Positions 35,838-46,049 of a stretch of DNA of 59,090 nucleotides are shown here, piece after piece. The notes below the pieces were generated by a model that saw nothing but the letters and a program-made list of their open reading frames with translations, had not been told where the DNA came from and did not search any database. The stretch is from positions 1 through 59,090 of the IMG/VR virus record IMGVR_UViG_3300029309_000035. One strand, 5' to 3'. Numbering within the stretch: the stretch's first letter is position 1; each line of letters begins with the position of its first letter. A program made the translations under genes and the position numbers. This DNA comes from a virus (Duplodnaviria; Caudoviricetes).

Positions 35838-36608
35838 ATGGATGTTTTAAAAGAACGTAAGAAAAAAATAAAAGATATTTTAACTCCACACATTCTGTAT
35901 GGTAAGCTATCAGAAGAACAGATTGTTGAAATGATTCGTATTGAGAGTGCTGATTACAAAAATAAGTCAGCTGGTAAAATGGGAGAGTTGAGAGCTGAAC
36001 TAGAACGAAGAAGACTATTAAGACTTCGTAGAACAAACCCTGATGAATTTGATAGGAGGATAGACATAATGTTAGAAAGACCATCAAAAGATGTAGATGA
36101 AAAAAGAACACGACTACCACGAGGGCTAACACCCATGCAAGAAAAGTTTTGTATGGAGTATGCAGCCACTGGTGATGAACTAGATTCGTATAAGAAAGCT
36201 GGATTCAAAGAAGCCAAAGATGATCCCAATACACGAATCCGGGCTCGTCAACTTTTTAAGAACGAGAAGATTCAGGCAAGGATTGATGAATATCAAAAGG
36301 AGGCCATCCGTAAAATATCGTGGACAAAAGAAAAAGTCCTTGAGAAAATAGGAGAGGTCTACTCTAATTCTATAAACGACGGAGACTTTACAAATGCAAA
36401 CAGAGCTATGGAGAATATAGCTAAGCATCTTGGAATGTTTGTTGACCTATCAAAAGTAGAGCAAACAGTAAAAACAACCGGGTTCGAATCAGGAGACAAA
36501 AAGGCTGACATAAAAAAATTAGCTGACCTTGCTGGATTTAAGTTGATTGATGGTGGAGTTAGTGGTAAAAAAGTAGCCGATAAAGATGGAACATCAGGAA
36601 ATAAGTGA
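35838..36608 (+). CDS. terS: terminase small subunit
   Basis: LTPMQEKFCMEY...SYKKAGF HTH-like motif, AME.IAKHLGMF; directly upstream of terL. Confidence 0.75.
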   Translation: MDVLKERKKKIKDILTPHILYGKLSEEQIVEMIRIESADYKNKSAGKMGELRAELERRRLLRLRRTNPDEFDRRIDIMLERPSKDVDEKRTRLPRGLTPMQEKFCMEYAATGDELDSYKKAGFKEAKDDPNTRIRARQLFKNEKIQARIDEYQKEAIRKISWTKEKVLEKIGEVYSNSINDGDFTNANRAMENIAKHLGMFVDLSKVEQTVKTTGFESGDKKADIKKLADLAGFKLIDGGVSGKKVADKDGTSGNK

Positions 36609-38121
36609 CGAACAACTTGACCAACTCAGGCATTATGCTTACGAGAATATACGTCAAGACTTTCTCAGCTTTGTAAAAGGATTTGCACCAAAGCTAGTGG
36701 CTGATTTTAAAATGGGTCGACATATTGAAGTTATCAGTGAAAAACTACAAAAGGTTGAAAACGGTGACATCAAACGTCTGATGGTGTTCTTACCACCTCG
36801 TTCATCAAAGTCTCTTGTGTGTTCTAAATTATTCCCAGCCTGGTATCTAGGCCGACACCCTAATCATGAAATCTTATCGGTATCTCACAGTGATCAACTT
36901 GCTTCTGACTTTGGTCGTGGTGTAAGGGATCTGGTTAGTGACCCAACGTATCAAGATGTATTCGATATTAAATTACGTTCGGATGTCCGTGCTGCGGGTA
37001 AATGGCAGACCAACCGTAACGGTGTCTATGTAGCTGCCGGTGTTCGTACACAGATAGCTGGTCGTGGTGCACACGTGGCTCTTCTTGATGATGTGATGTC
37101 AGAGGAGGATGCCTTTAGTGAAGCTGGTCGTCGATATATTAAAGAGTGGTATCCTGCCGGTTTACGAACCCGACTTATGCCTAACGGCTCTATCGTTATT
37201 ATTAATACACGATACCACGAAGATGATTTATGTGGATGGTTATTATCATCAGAAGCTAGTGATAGTAGTTCAGCTATATCTGATTATTGGGATGTGGTAA
37301 ACATACCCGCATGGGTTGATGAAAAAAGTAGTAAGCTATTAAAACTACCTGTCGGTGAATCATACTTTCCCGAATGGAAACCAAAAGAAATTCTTAAAAA
37401 AGATGAGATGGAGATTCGTAGACACAACGGTTCACGATACTGGGAATCACTCTATATGCAAAACCCCGTTCCTGATGAAGGTGGTATTCTTAAAAAGTCA
37501 TGGTTTCAAATGTGGGAATACGAAGATCCACCTCACTGTGATTTCGTAATACAAACTATGGATACAGCTTTTTCAACACGAACAACAGCTGACTATAGTG
37601 TTATACAAACCTGGGGTATCTTTACACAAGTAGAGGCTGACAGTTCCGGAGCTGAACATGATGTTGGTCATTTGATTTTATTAGGCAACACACGAGGACG
37701 ATTTGAATATCCGGAGTTACGACAGAATGCTCAAGATGCATTTGATGAACATGAACCAGATGTTATCATTATTGAGAAGAAAGCTAGTGGTCAATCATTA
37801 ATACAAGATTTACGACGAGCTGGATTACCGATCATGGAATATACACCCGATCGGGACAAGGTAGCCAGAGCTTATGCTGCTTCACCATTAATTGAATCAG
37901 GACGAGTATGGTTACCGAAACGGCCGTGGGCACAAACATTGTTTGACGAAGCCATCACTTTTCCAAACGGAGCACATGATGACCAAGTTGATTCAATGGT
38001 CATGGCTATACACTATATGAAAGACTCATGGCACTTGCAACATCCCCATGATCCGTATTATAGTGATAATGACAATACTTATAAAAAAAATAAGGCAACC
38101 TACTGGAAGGTATCTAATTAA
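36586..38121 (+). CDS. terL: terminase large subunit
   Basis: PPRSSKS Walker A, GRGAHVALLDD, TRYHEDDL, DTAF, EKKASG, FPNGAHDDQVDS. Confidence 0.95.
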   Translation: MEHQEISDEQLDQLRHYAYENIRQDFLSFVKGFAPKLVADFKMGRHIEVISEKLQKVENGDIKRLMVFLPPRSSKSLVCSKLFPAWYLGRHPNHEILSVSHSDQLASDFGRGVRDLVSDPTYQDVFDIKLRSDVRAAGKWQTNRNGVYVAAGVRTQIAGRGAHVALLDDVMSEEDAFSEAGRRYIKEWYPAGLRTRLMPNGSIVIINTRYHEDDLCGWLLSSEASDSSSAISDYWDVVNIPAWVDEKSSKLLKLPVGESYFPEWKPKEILKKDEMEIRRHNGSRYWESLYMQNPVPDEGGILKKSWFQMWEYEDPPHCDFVIQTMDTAFSTRTTADYSVIQTWGIFTQVEADSSGAEHDVGHLILLGNTRGRFEYPELRQNAQDAFDEHEPDVIIIEKKASGQSLIQDLRRAGLPIMEYTPDRDKVARAYAASPLIESGRVWLPKRPWAQTLFDEAITFPNGAHDDQVDSMVMAIHYMKDSWHLQHPHDPYYSDNDNTYKKNKATYWKVSN

Positions 38122-38123
38122 TT

Positions 38124-41100
38124 ATGGCAATCGAAAAAAATCCAAACGACATTTCAACACCTTTAGATAAAGCTAAAGAAAAGGTTCAAGCCGGTGCGGC
38201 TGAACTTGGTATTAACGTAGATATAAAAGAAGAACAAGATGAGGACTTAGCTGTTAATGTAGACCCGATAACGGGTGAAGTTGAGATGGACTTAAACGAA
38301 GATAGTGGTAAAGTATTAGCCTCTATCAGTGAAGACTTTTATACAAACCTTGCTGACTTGATGGAAGAAGATCAGCTTGAAGAAATATCAAATACAGTTT
38401 TTGATAACTATCAATCGGATAAAGATTCACGAGAAGAGTGGGAGCAAACCTTTGAACGTGGTTTTGATTTACTCGGACTAAAACTAGAAGAAACAACAGA
38501 ACCGTTTGATGGTGCATGTACGGCAACTCACCCTTTAATTATTGAGAATGCTGTTAAGTTTCAATCAAAAGCATCACAAGAATTATTTCCTAGTAAAGGT
38601 CCAGTAAAAACACAAGTCGTAGGTGCTGTTACACCGGACAAAGAAAAACAAGCACAACGTGTAAAAGATTTCATGAACTATCAGCTTACCGAAGAAATGC
38701 CAGAGTATTTTGATGAGTTTGAGAAAATGTTATTTCACCTACCGTTAATCGGTACGGCCGTTAAGAAAGTTTATTATGATGAAACATTAGGGCGACCAAT
38801 ATCAGAGTTCATACCTATTGACCAGTTTCATGTATCTAATTTAGTATCTGATCTTAGACGTGCTGATAGATACACTCACGTTATTTATCGTAGTGAAAAT
38901 GATTTACGAAAAGATATGGATGCTGGTATGTATAGTGAACTTGATCTCGGTGATCCAGAACAAACAGACAGAGGATCAATCACATCTAAAGCAGAACAGA
39001 TTATGGGACTATCGGCATACGATGAGAATCCATATGACCCAAGCTACCAACTCCTTGAACAACATCTGTATTTAGATTTACCAGAACCTTTCAATAGTCC
39101 AACAGGTGTAGCCTATCCGTACATCGTTACTGTCGATAAAAGTTCAAAGAAGGTTCTTAGTATTCGTCGTAATTGGAATGACGGAGATCCACGATTTGTA
39201 AAAAGAGAACACTTCGTTAGTTATAAGTTTGTACCCGGTTTTGGGTTCTACGGATTAGGTTTAATACATTTCCTTGGTAATCTAACAATGTCGGCAACGG
39301 CAGCCATGAGAGCATTGATTGATGCAGGTCAGTTCTCTAACTTACCAGGTGGATTTAAAGCCAGAGGTGTTAGAGTTGTAGGCGATAACTCTCCGATAAT
39401 GCCGGGGGAATTTCGGGACGTTGAGTCAACGGGTTTAGACTTGGGCAAGTCCATAGTTCCTCTTCCGTATAAAGAACCATCTCAGACTCTCTATCAGATG
39501 TTAGGCTTTGTAGCCACTGCCGGCCAGAAATTTGCTGACACGACAGATCAAGTAGTGTCTGACGCAACGAATTATGGACCGGTTGGCACGACATTAGCAT
39601 TATTAGAAGCATCAGGTAAGTTTTTTTCAGCAATTCACAAACGACTCCACAAGTCTCAACGAGACGAGTTTAAAATATTAGCAAGAATAAATAATGAGTT
39701 TTTACCCACAACTTATCCTTATGACATTATAGGACAGTCTGCTGAAATATTCAAGCAAGATTTTGATGGTCGTGTTGATGTAGTTCCGGTTAGTGATCCA
39801 AACATTCCATCGAACTCTCATAGACTAGCACAAGCACAACTAATGTTACAGTTAGCTTCACAATCACCTCCGGGAACATTTAACATGCCTGAGATAAATA
39901 AAGCTGTATTAGCTGCGGCAAATGTTGACAACCCTGATAGATTTATTACAGCACAAGCACAAGCCGTTCCTCAAGATCCAATAGCTGATATTATGTCAGC
40001 TGCAAAAGGACGACCAATAAAAGCTTTCCCCGGACAAGATCATGATGCACATATAGCTGTAAAGACAGCTTACATGCAAGACCCTATGAACGGAGCTAAT
40101 CCAGTTATGAAAAATGTACAACCGTTGTTGATGAACAATATTCGTGAACACATGGTTCTACGATTCCAAGAACAAATGGGTGGACTCATGAAAGCTCAAG
40201 AAGGTCAGGTAGATCAAGGAGCCAGTTTAGGAATGATTATGTCACAATCAGCTCAACAAATATTACAAGCTAACCAACTAGCAGCTCAAGGGGGATTAGC
40301 TAGTATTGAACAACAAAACATTGAGTTACAAAAATCTGAACTTGAATTAAAGAAACAAAGAGAGATGGTTGATGCTCAATTCAAAGATAGAGAAATAAAA
40401 CTTAAAGAAAAAGAAGTTGATATTGATGCGATGGTTGAAGCAGCTAAGATTCAAGAAAAGAAAGATAACGATTCAAATAATCTTACAGCTAAAGTAGTTA
40501 TGGATTTGTTAAAAATGATTGACAAAAATAAGTTAAATGGTACACAAGAGTTACAAGCTGGTGGTGATGTTCAAGCTTTTAAACAAGCAGCCGATATGGC
40601 CGTTACTCAACAGCAACCACCGATGCCTATGCAAACAACAATGACACAACCACAAAACTTTTTAGATATGGCTCGACAGGCACAAAATATACCAACTGAT
40701 CCTCAACCTGAAACGGTACCAGAACAACAAGAAAAGGAGCAACCAAAAATGAATATGGGTAAATTTACATACGAACAAGAGATCGGACCAAATAGCACAA
40801 AACTTCATCATCCGACAAAAACAAGTGGAGTAACTATTGGTGCTGGTTATGATATGAAAGAAAAATCACAAGACACTATTATTGAAGACATGGCTAGTGT
40901 TGGTGTCCCTGAAGATAAGGCTGATAGATTATCGTTAGCTTCCGGTTTATCGGGAAAAGAAGCTAGTGATTTTGTAAAAGAAAACTCTGATCTTGAGATT
41001 ACACTCCCTGAACAAGAAAAATTATTTACAATTAGTATGAGTGAGGCTTTTAAACGGGCTGATAATGATTTAAGAAGTTTAGGATATGATCCCGATCAAG

Positions 41101-41303
41101 TTCCTGAAAATAAAAAAGAAGTATTAGCTGATTATACTTACAATGTTGGTGGTCTTATAAAATTTCCAAAATTTACAGATGCTTTTCTTAAAGGTGATCT
41201 TAAAGTAGCTTTGGCAGAATCTGATAGATATTCAAATGGAAAACCACTTACTCGTAGAAATAAAGCAACAAGAGCTATAGTTACAGAGATTTTAACAGCC
41301 TGA
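38124..41303 (+). CDS. portal protein with C-terminal pesticin-type muramidase domain
   Basis: portal motifs (HPLIIE, GTAVKKVYYD, GFYGLGL, NLPGGFK, PVGTT.ALLE); C-terminal ~185 aa with E...SGVTIGAGYD...LADYTYN...RRN. Confidence 0.9.
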   Translation: MAIEKNPNDISTPLDKAKEKVQAGAAELGINVDIKEEQDEDLAVNVDPITGEVEMDLNEDSGKVLASISEDFYTNLADLMEEDQLEEISNTVFDNYQSDKDSREEWEQTFERGFDLLGLKLEETTEPFDGACTATHPLIIENAVKFQSKASQELFPSKGPVKTQVVGAVTPDKEKQAQRVKDFMNYQLTEEMPEYFDEFEKMLFHLPLIGTAVKKVYYDETLGRPISEFIPIDQFHVSNLVSDLRRADRYTHVIYRSENDLRKDMDAGMYSELDLGDPEQTDRGSITSKAEQIMGLSAYDENPYDPSYQLLEQHLYLDLPEPFNSPTGVAYPYIVTVDKSSKKVLSIRRNWNDGDPRFVKREHFVSYKFVPGFGFYGLGLIHFLGNLTMSATAAMRALIDAGQFSNLPGGFKARGVRVVGDNSPIMPGEFRDVESTGLDLGKSIVPLPYKEPSQTLYQMLGFVATAGQKFADTTDQVVSDATNYGPVGTTLALLEASGKFFSAIHKRLHKSQRDEFKILARINNEFLPTTYPYDIIGQSAEIFKQDFDGRVDVVPVSDPNIPSNSHRLAQAQLMLQLASQSPPGTFNMPEINKAVLAAANVDNPDRFITAQAQAVPQDPIADIMSAAKGRPIKAFPGQDHDAHIAVKTAYMQDPMNGANPVMKNVQPLLMNNIREHMVLRFQEQMGGLMKAQEGQVDQGASLGMIMSQSAQQILQANQLAAQGGLASIEQQNIELQKSELELKKQREMVDAQFKDREIKLKEKEVDIDAMVEAAKIQEKKDNDSNNLTAKVVMDLLKMIDKNKLNGTQELQAGGDVQAFKQAADMAVTQQQPPMPMQTTMTQPQNFLDMARQAQNIPTDPQPETVPEQQEKEQPKMNMGKFTYEQEIGPNSTKLHHPTKTSGVTIGAGYDMKEKSQDTIIEDMASVGVPEDKADRLSLASGLSGKEASDFVKENSDLEITLPEQEKLFTISMSEAFKRADNDLRSLGYDPDQVPENKKEVLADYTYNVGGLIKFPKFTDAFLKGDLKVALAESDRYSNGKPLTRRNKATRAIVTEILTA

Positions 41304-42304
41304 TGAATTATATAACAAACCACGGTGTGGAACTTCCTGATCCTGCCGTTTGTTTTGATGACGAAGGTTACGAACCCAGTAATAATGACATACCTAAAAC
41401 ATACGAGGTATTATCCAGAGCTATACGAGAGTTAGACATAAATTCATTTTCTTTAGGTATCAACAGTCTTTACACTAGTGTTAAGCCTACGGTTACCGTT
41501 CAGAACCAACTTAAATCTGCCTTAGTTGGTTTTACATTACGACAACAATCTAACAATATATCATATGATGGACCTAAACAATTTAAAGAGCTTGGCTATT
41601 ATGACACTATTATTGATACTGATTCGTTACTTGCGTGTCTCGAAAAAGATATTGTTGAGTTAAAATCATTAGAACCTATTAGAAATACACGAATGCAAGA
41701 TAGAATGTTAACCATACCGTTAAGTCATAAGGCTTTTAATATTCTAAACGATGTCTATAGTAAATTAAAGTTATTACCGCAACCGTATTCGATTACCAAT
41801 ATTAATTTACATGTAAGTGATAAAGACGATACCTTTAATGAATACTTTCAAAATGATCAAAAGCATAAACCTAAGAATGATTTGTATACATTACATATAG
41901 ATCCAAAATATACTTACATCAAAACAATTATATATCTTAACACAGTTCAACGGGGTAATGGTCCTTTTGCTTATATACCAGAAAGTCATAGATGGAAGTT
42001 TGATGATGTTGAAATGTTATTCTGTAAAAGTAATCAGTTAGTTAATACATTATCAACTGTAGAACAAAGAAAAATAAATGCCGGTCTTCCGTTATGGGCA
42101 CGGAAAAATTCATACTTTTCACGACAGTTTAAAAATAACACTTCTCTATCTGAACACTTATATAAAAAATTAAAACACTTTACATCAGATAAAAGTAATT
42201 TTATACTATTTGAACCGAACTTTGGTTGGCACAGGGGTACTCATGTGCAAACAGGAGAACGGATTGCGTTACAAATAATATTAAAACCAAACGGAAATAA
42301 ATAA
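41303..42304 (+). CDS. PhyH-like Fe(II)/2OG dioxygenase
   Basis: LHID, IIYLN.V...NGPFAYIPESH, WHRG...ER motifs. Confidence 0.7.
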   Translation: MNYITNHGVELPDPAVCFDDEGYEPSNNDIPKTYEVLSRAIRELDINSFSLGINSLYTSVKPTVTVQNQLKSALVGFTLRQQSNNISYDGPKQFKELGYYDTIIDTDSLLACLEKDIVELKSLEPIRNTRMQDRMLTIPLSHKAFNILNDVYSKLKLLPQPYSITNINLHVSDKDDTFNEYFQNDQKHKPKNDLYTLHIDPKYTYIKTIIYLNTVQRGNGPFAYIPESHRWKFDDVEMLFCKSNQLVNTLSTVEQRKINAGLPLWARKNSYFSRQFKNNTSLSEHLYKKLKHFTSDKSNFILFEPNFGWHRGTHVQTGERIALQIILKPNGNK

Positions 42305-42306
42305 TT

Positions 42307-42495
42307 ATGAGATGTTGGCATTGCCATACAGAGTTAATATGGGGTGGAGATAATGATGTTGAAGATGAGGAAGATCATTATTTAATAGTATCAAACTTTA
42401 GCTGTCCCGGTTGTGGATCTCATGTTGATGTTTATTTTCCTAAAGAACCTAAAGGCACGGCCGTAAAAAGTGATTTAAGATATTATGATAGTTAA
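42307..42495 (+). CDS. small zinc-ribbon protein
   Basis: CWHC...LIWGGD...CPGC. Confidence 0.65.
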   Translation: MRCWHCHTELIWGGDNDVEDEEDHYLIVSNFSCPGCGSHVDVYFPKEPKGTAVKSDLRYYDS

Positions 42496-43204
42496 TCCCA
42501 ATCTTTCGAAAGAAGTATTACAACGACGAGTGTTTAATCCATACTATTACGATTTACATGTTAAAGAATTTTTAATAGGTAAGACAAGACAATATATAGA
42601 TTCTAACGGAGTCGTTCTTGATGTGGGAGCTGGTGTTGGTCAGTACACCCGATGGTTTACGAAACATGCCGATCATGTTAAGGGGTATGAAGCTGTCCCT
42701 GAAGTCTACGAACAACTATGTAAAGTTCAAGATGATTATTTAAATTTCTCACCTTTTAACCTAGCTGTTGGTGATAAACCGGGTAAGGAAAGATTTTACG
42801 TTGATAACAAACGATTATCTAATTCATCTTTTCAAAATTTAGTTGATGGTTATCCTATTGATATTGAAGTTATCACATTAGATGAACATTGTAGATCAGC
42901 TGATAATATTTGTTTTATAAAAATAGATACCGAAGGCACAGAACTTGATGTGTTAAATGGTGCACAAAAAATTATTGATAAACATAAACCTCACATGATG
43001 ATAGAGATTTACGATAAGTTTAATAAATATCCAGTAGATACAACTTTTAAATTTTGTTTTGATAGAGGATACTCTTGTCTTTATAATCACAGAGGTCAAG
43101 GATTAAAACCAATAAATGACATTGAGCATGGTGTAAAAGTAGCTATGACAATGCCAGAAATAACTGATGGAGATTTTTTGTTTTTACATGGCAGTAGAAC
43201 TTAA
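42485..43204 (+). CDS. FkbM-family methyltransferase
   Basis: LDVGAGVG, ITLD, FIKIDTEG.E.DVL.GA, MIE. Confidence 0.9.
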   Translation: MIVNPNLSKEVLQRRVFNPYYYDLHVKEFLIGKTRQYIDSNGVVLDVGAGVGQYTRWFTKHADHVKGYEAVPEVYEQLCKVQDDYLNFSPFNLAVGDKPGKERFYVDNKRLSNSSFQNLVDGYPIDIEVITLDEHCRSADNICFIKIDTEGTELDVLNGAQKIIDKHKPHMMIEIYDKFNKYPVDTTFKFCFDRGYSCLYNHRGQGLKPINDIEHGVKVAMTMPEITDGDFLFLHGSRT

Positions 43205-43802
43205 AAATAGTATGTTTATACATGTCCCAAAAACTGGGGGACGATGGGTAAAACAAATGTTGTTTAATTATGTAGAGGGAGCTAAAGCTGTTGGCGATGC
43301 TGTATATGATTCACATAATACACCCATGACTCACAAACAAACCTTTGCTTTTCTTAGACATCCTATGACATTTGTGCATAGTTTATTTCACCATCGTTCA
43401 CGAAAAAAGTCAAACACCAGAGGACATCAATGGAACTGGCAGAACGATTTAAGACTGGAACGAGAGTGTCAAGCCGAAGAATATGAAGCATTCCTTACTA
43501 AAATAGTCGGGAATAAAAATGTTGTTAAGGATTATTATGATCATTACACAACTAATCATTATCCTAATATTAAGTTTGGTTATATGGAAACACTATGTAA
43601 TGATTTGATTATTATGATTGATGGTCTTGGTGAAAAGTTTGATGAACCGTCTATTTACATGCACGGAAAATTAATTGTTGGTGGTCGAGATGCTGGTGGT
43701 CCCATAACTGTACAAGAGGCAATGATAAAACAAGAGTATCTTGATGCTATGTATGAATCTGAAAAAGAGTTATTTGAAAGACATGAAGTATGGATGCCGT
43801 AG
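43188..43802 (+). CDS. sulfotransferase-like protein
   Basis: FIHVPKTGG (5'-PSB) and FAFLRHP...S (3'-PB) motifs. Confidence 0.7.
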   Translation: MAVELKNSMFIHVPKTGGRWVKQMLFNYVEGAKAVGDAVYDSHNTPMTHKQTFAFLRHPMTFVHSLFHHRSRKKSNTRGHQWNWQNDLRLERECQAEEYEAFLTKIVGNKNVVKDYYDHYTTNHYPNIKFGYMETLCNDLIIMIDGLGEKFDEPSIYMHGKLIVGGRDAGGPITVQEAMIKQEYLDAMYESEKELFERHEVWMP

Positions 43803-43987
43803 CTAATTATCTTACTGAAAAACTTACGACGACAAAAAATAATCTAGCTGAAACAATTTCAACTGGGTCATCTGAAAATTATGCTGACTATAAATATCAA
43901 GTCGGTATTATTGAAGGCTTGACGATTGCTCTTGAAGAAATTAAATTAGCAGAGAAAAACTTATATAATGAAGGAGAAGACGAATAA
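43790..43987 (+). CDS. conserved small head-module protein
   Basis: YADYKYQVGIIEGL motif upstream of GroES. Confidence 0.65.
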   Translation: MDAVANYLTEKLTTTKNNLAETISTGSSENYADYKYQVGIIEGLTIALEEIKLAEKNLYNEGEDE

Positions 43988-44409
43988 TGAAAGCAGCAGG
44001 AGTCGCAACAACAGTTGCAGGTAATGATGATTGGATTACAAACAAAGAAACACCAGATCCAGAAGTATTACCACACTTACCCGGATACCATGTATTAATT
44101 AGACCAGTGGCTATTCGTGATAAAACAAAAGGTGGCATATTATTACCAAGTAAATTTAAAGACGATGCTCAATATTTAACTACAGTAGGTCGTGTTTTAA
44201 AAGTTGGAGAACTTGCATATGCTGATAGAGATAAATTTAAAGGAGGAGCATGGTGCAAACCTGGTGACTATGTTGTTTATGGTAAATACCAAGGTGATAA
44301 ATTTTTTTACAAAGGTATTAGAATGTTAATTGTATACGATGATCAAATACTTATGGTTATACCTGATCCAGCAGATTTAGATTCGCAGTTGGATATAAAT
44401 AAATCATAA
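43987..44409 (+). CDS. groES: co-chaperonin GroES-like protein
   Basis: VLIRP...KTKGGILLP, G.VLKVG, GD.VVYGKY.G, DDQIL. Confidence 0.9.
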   Translation: MKAAGVATTVAGNDDWITNKETPDPEVLPHLPGYHVLIRPVAIRDKTKGGILLPSKFKDDAQYLTTVGRVLKVGELAYADRDKFKGGAWCKPGDYVVYGKYQGDKFFYKGIRMLIVYDDQILMVIPDPADLDSQLDINKS

Positions 44410-44459
44410 TGTATAATTAGTAAATTAACGTAATCGTAACTCGTAACTACGGAGAAAAT

Positions 44460-45467
44460 ATGAACGAAGAAAACAAAACACAAGACGACGGCTATCAAGA
44501 GATAGACATTTCAAAACCCCAAAAAGAAGAACCAGAAAAAGACTACGAGGTTGAAGAAGAAGAAACTGAACAACCAAAGGTCGAAACAGCTAAAAAAGAG
44601 GAACCAACTGAGGAATCTAAAAAACCAGAGGAATTAGATGGTATTAATACTGCTGGTGCTGAAAAAAGAATAAGACAACTAATTAAACAACGTAAAGAAA
44701 AAGAAGAACAACTTGAATCTCAGCAACAACAGATTGCCGAACTTCAGTCTCAACTTAAAAATTCAACACAAAAAGTACAAGAGACAGAAAAAGCTAGTTT
44801 AGTTAGTTATGAGAATCAACTTAAAGAAAAACTTAAATTAGCTGAAGAAGGTTATAAAAGTGCTTATGATTCTGGTGATAAAGATAAACTATTAGAAGCA
44901 CAAAAAGCTATTGCTGATACTACCACTGAACTACGAATGGTAGATGCTAAAAGATTTTATCTTGATGATCAAGCTAAAAAAACTGAACCACAACAACAAA
45001 CAAACGGAGAAGCTAAGACTGCTGAACAACCACAACAAACACAAGCACAAACACAAACAAAAGCTCCTCAACAACCTAAGTTACATAAACTTGCAAGGGA
45101 GTGGATCTCAGATAACAGTGAGTGGTATAATAAAGATAGAATCTCTACACAAGCTGCACATGTTATAAACGAAGATTTATTACAAGAGGGCTTTGATCCA
45201 GAGACTGAAGAGTTTTATACTGAGATAAGTAAAAGGCTAAAGAAAGAATTGCCTAACAAGTTTGGTCAGCAGGAAGAACCAACAAATAAACCTGCTCAAG
45301 TGGTGGCTGGAAAGTCACGTACTTCGGCCTCGTCTAAAGGTAAGATAAGATTGTCGCAAGAAGATCTTCGTCTTGCCAAAAAGATGGGAGTACCACTTGA
45401 TGTGTATGCTAGAGAAAAAGCCAAGGTCGAGAAGGCCGGTGATGACTACACTACTGTAAATGCATAA
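44460..45467 (+). CDS. capsid scaffolding protein
   Basis: acidic N-terminus, KRIRQL coiled coil, C-terminal L...LAKKMGV.L..YA. Confidence 0.7.
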   Translation: MNEENKTQDDGYQEIDISKPQKEEPEKDYEVEEEETEQPKVETAKKEEPTEESKKPEELDGINTAGAEKRIRQLIKQRKEKEEQLESQQQQIAELQSQLKNSTQKVQETEKASLVSYENQLKEKLKLAEEGYKSAYDSGDKDKLLEAQKAIADTTTELRMVDAKRFYLDDQAKKTEPQQQTNGEAKTAEQPQQTQAQTQTKAPQQPKLHKLAREWISDNSEWYNKDRISTQAAHVINEDLLQEGFDPETEEFYTEISKRLKKELPNKFGQQEEPTNKPAQVVAGKSRTSASSKGKIRLSQEDLRLAKKMGVPLDVYAREKAKVEKAGDDYTTVNA

Positions 45468-45494
45468 CGTGGATAAAGAAAGGTAATAATTGAT

Positions 45495-45998
45495 ATGACT
45501 ACACCAAAAATAAATAATGACGTAAAAGCTGCGACTCGTGCTTCGCAAACAACTTCTCGAAACCAAAGAGGTTCCTTTGAGAAGAAAAATTGGTTGAAAA
45601 TACCAGACGAGGTTATCACTAGATTTAAACAAAGAGGACTTACTCTTCGTTGGATTCGTGTCTCCTTGAAAGGTACGTATGATGATCAGAATGTACAAGA
45701 GAAACAATATGAAGGTTGGGATTTTGTCCGACCTGAAGATGTTCCTGAAATGAGTACAGGTTTCCAAAACCAAGCTGTAGGTGGACTCGGTAAACTTGTT
45801 ATCCGTGGTGATGTAGCTTTAGCTGCCAATACTATTGAAAACAATGATGGTTATAAAAAACATGTAAATGATTTTACACAAGCCCAAACTGATGCTATCA
45901 ACAGACAACTCATGAGCAAAAACGATCCTCGAATGCCAATCACAAATAGCAGTCGATCAAAAGTTACCACAGGTAGACCAGCACACTTTGATAAATAA
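45495..45998 (+). CDS. conserved head-module protein
   Basis: RWIRVS...EGWDFV motif; lies between scaffold and capsid. Confidence 0.6.
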   Translation: MTTPKINNDVKAATRASQTTSRNQRGSFEKKNWLKIPDEVITRFKQRGLTLRWIRVSLKGTYDDQNVQEKQYEGWDFVRPEDVPEMSTGFQNQAVGGLGKLVIRGDVALAANTIENNDGYKKHVNDFTQAQTDAINRQLMSKNDPRMPITNSSRSKVTTGRPAHFDK

Positions 45999-46049
45999 AG
46001 GGTGTCGGTTAAACTTTAATGTAAACACTAACTTTTGAAGGAGGATGAG

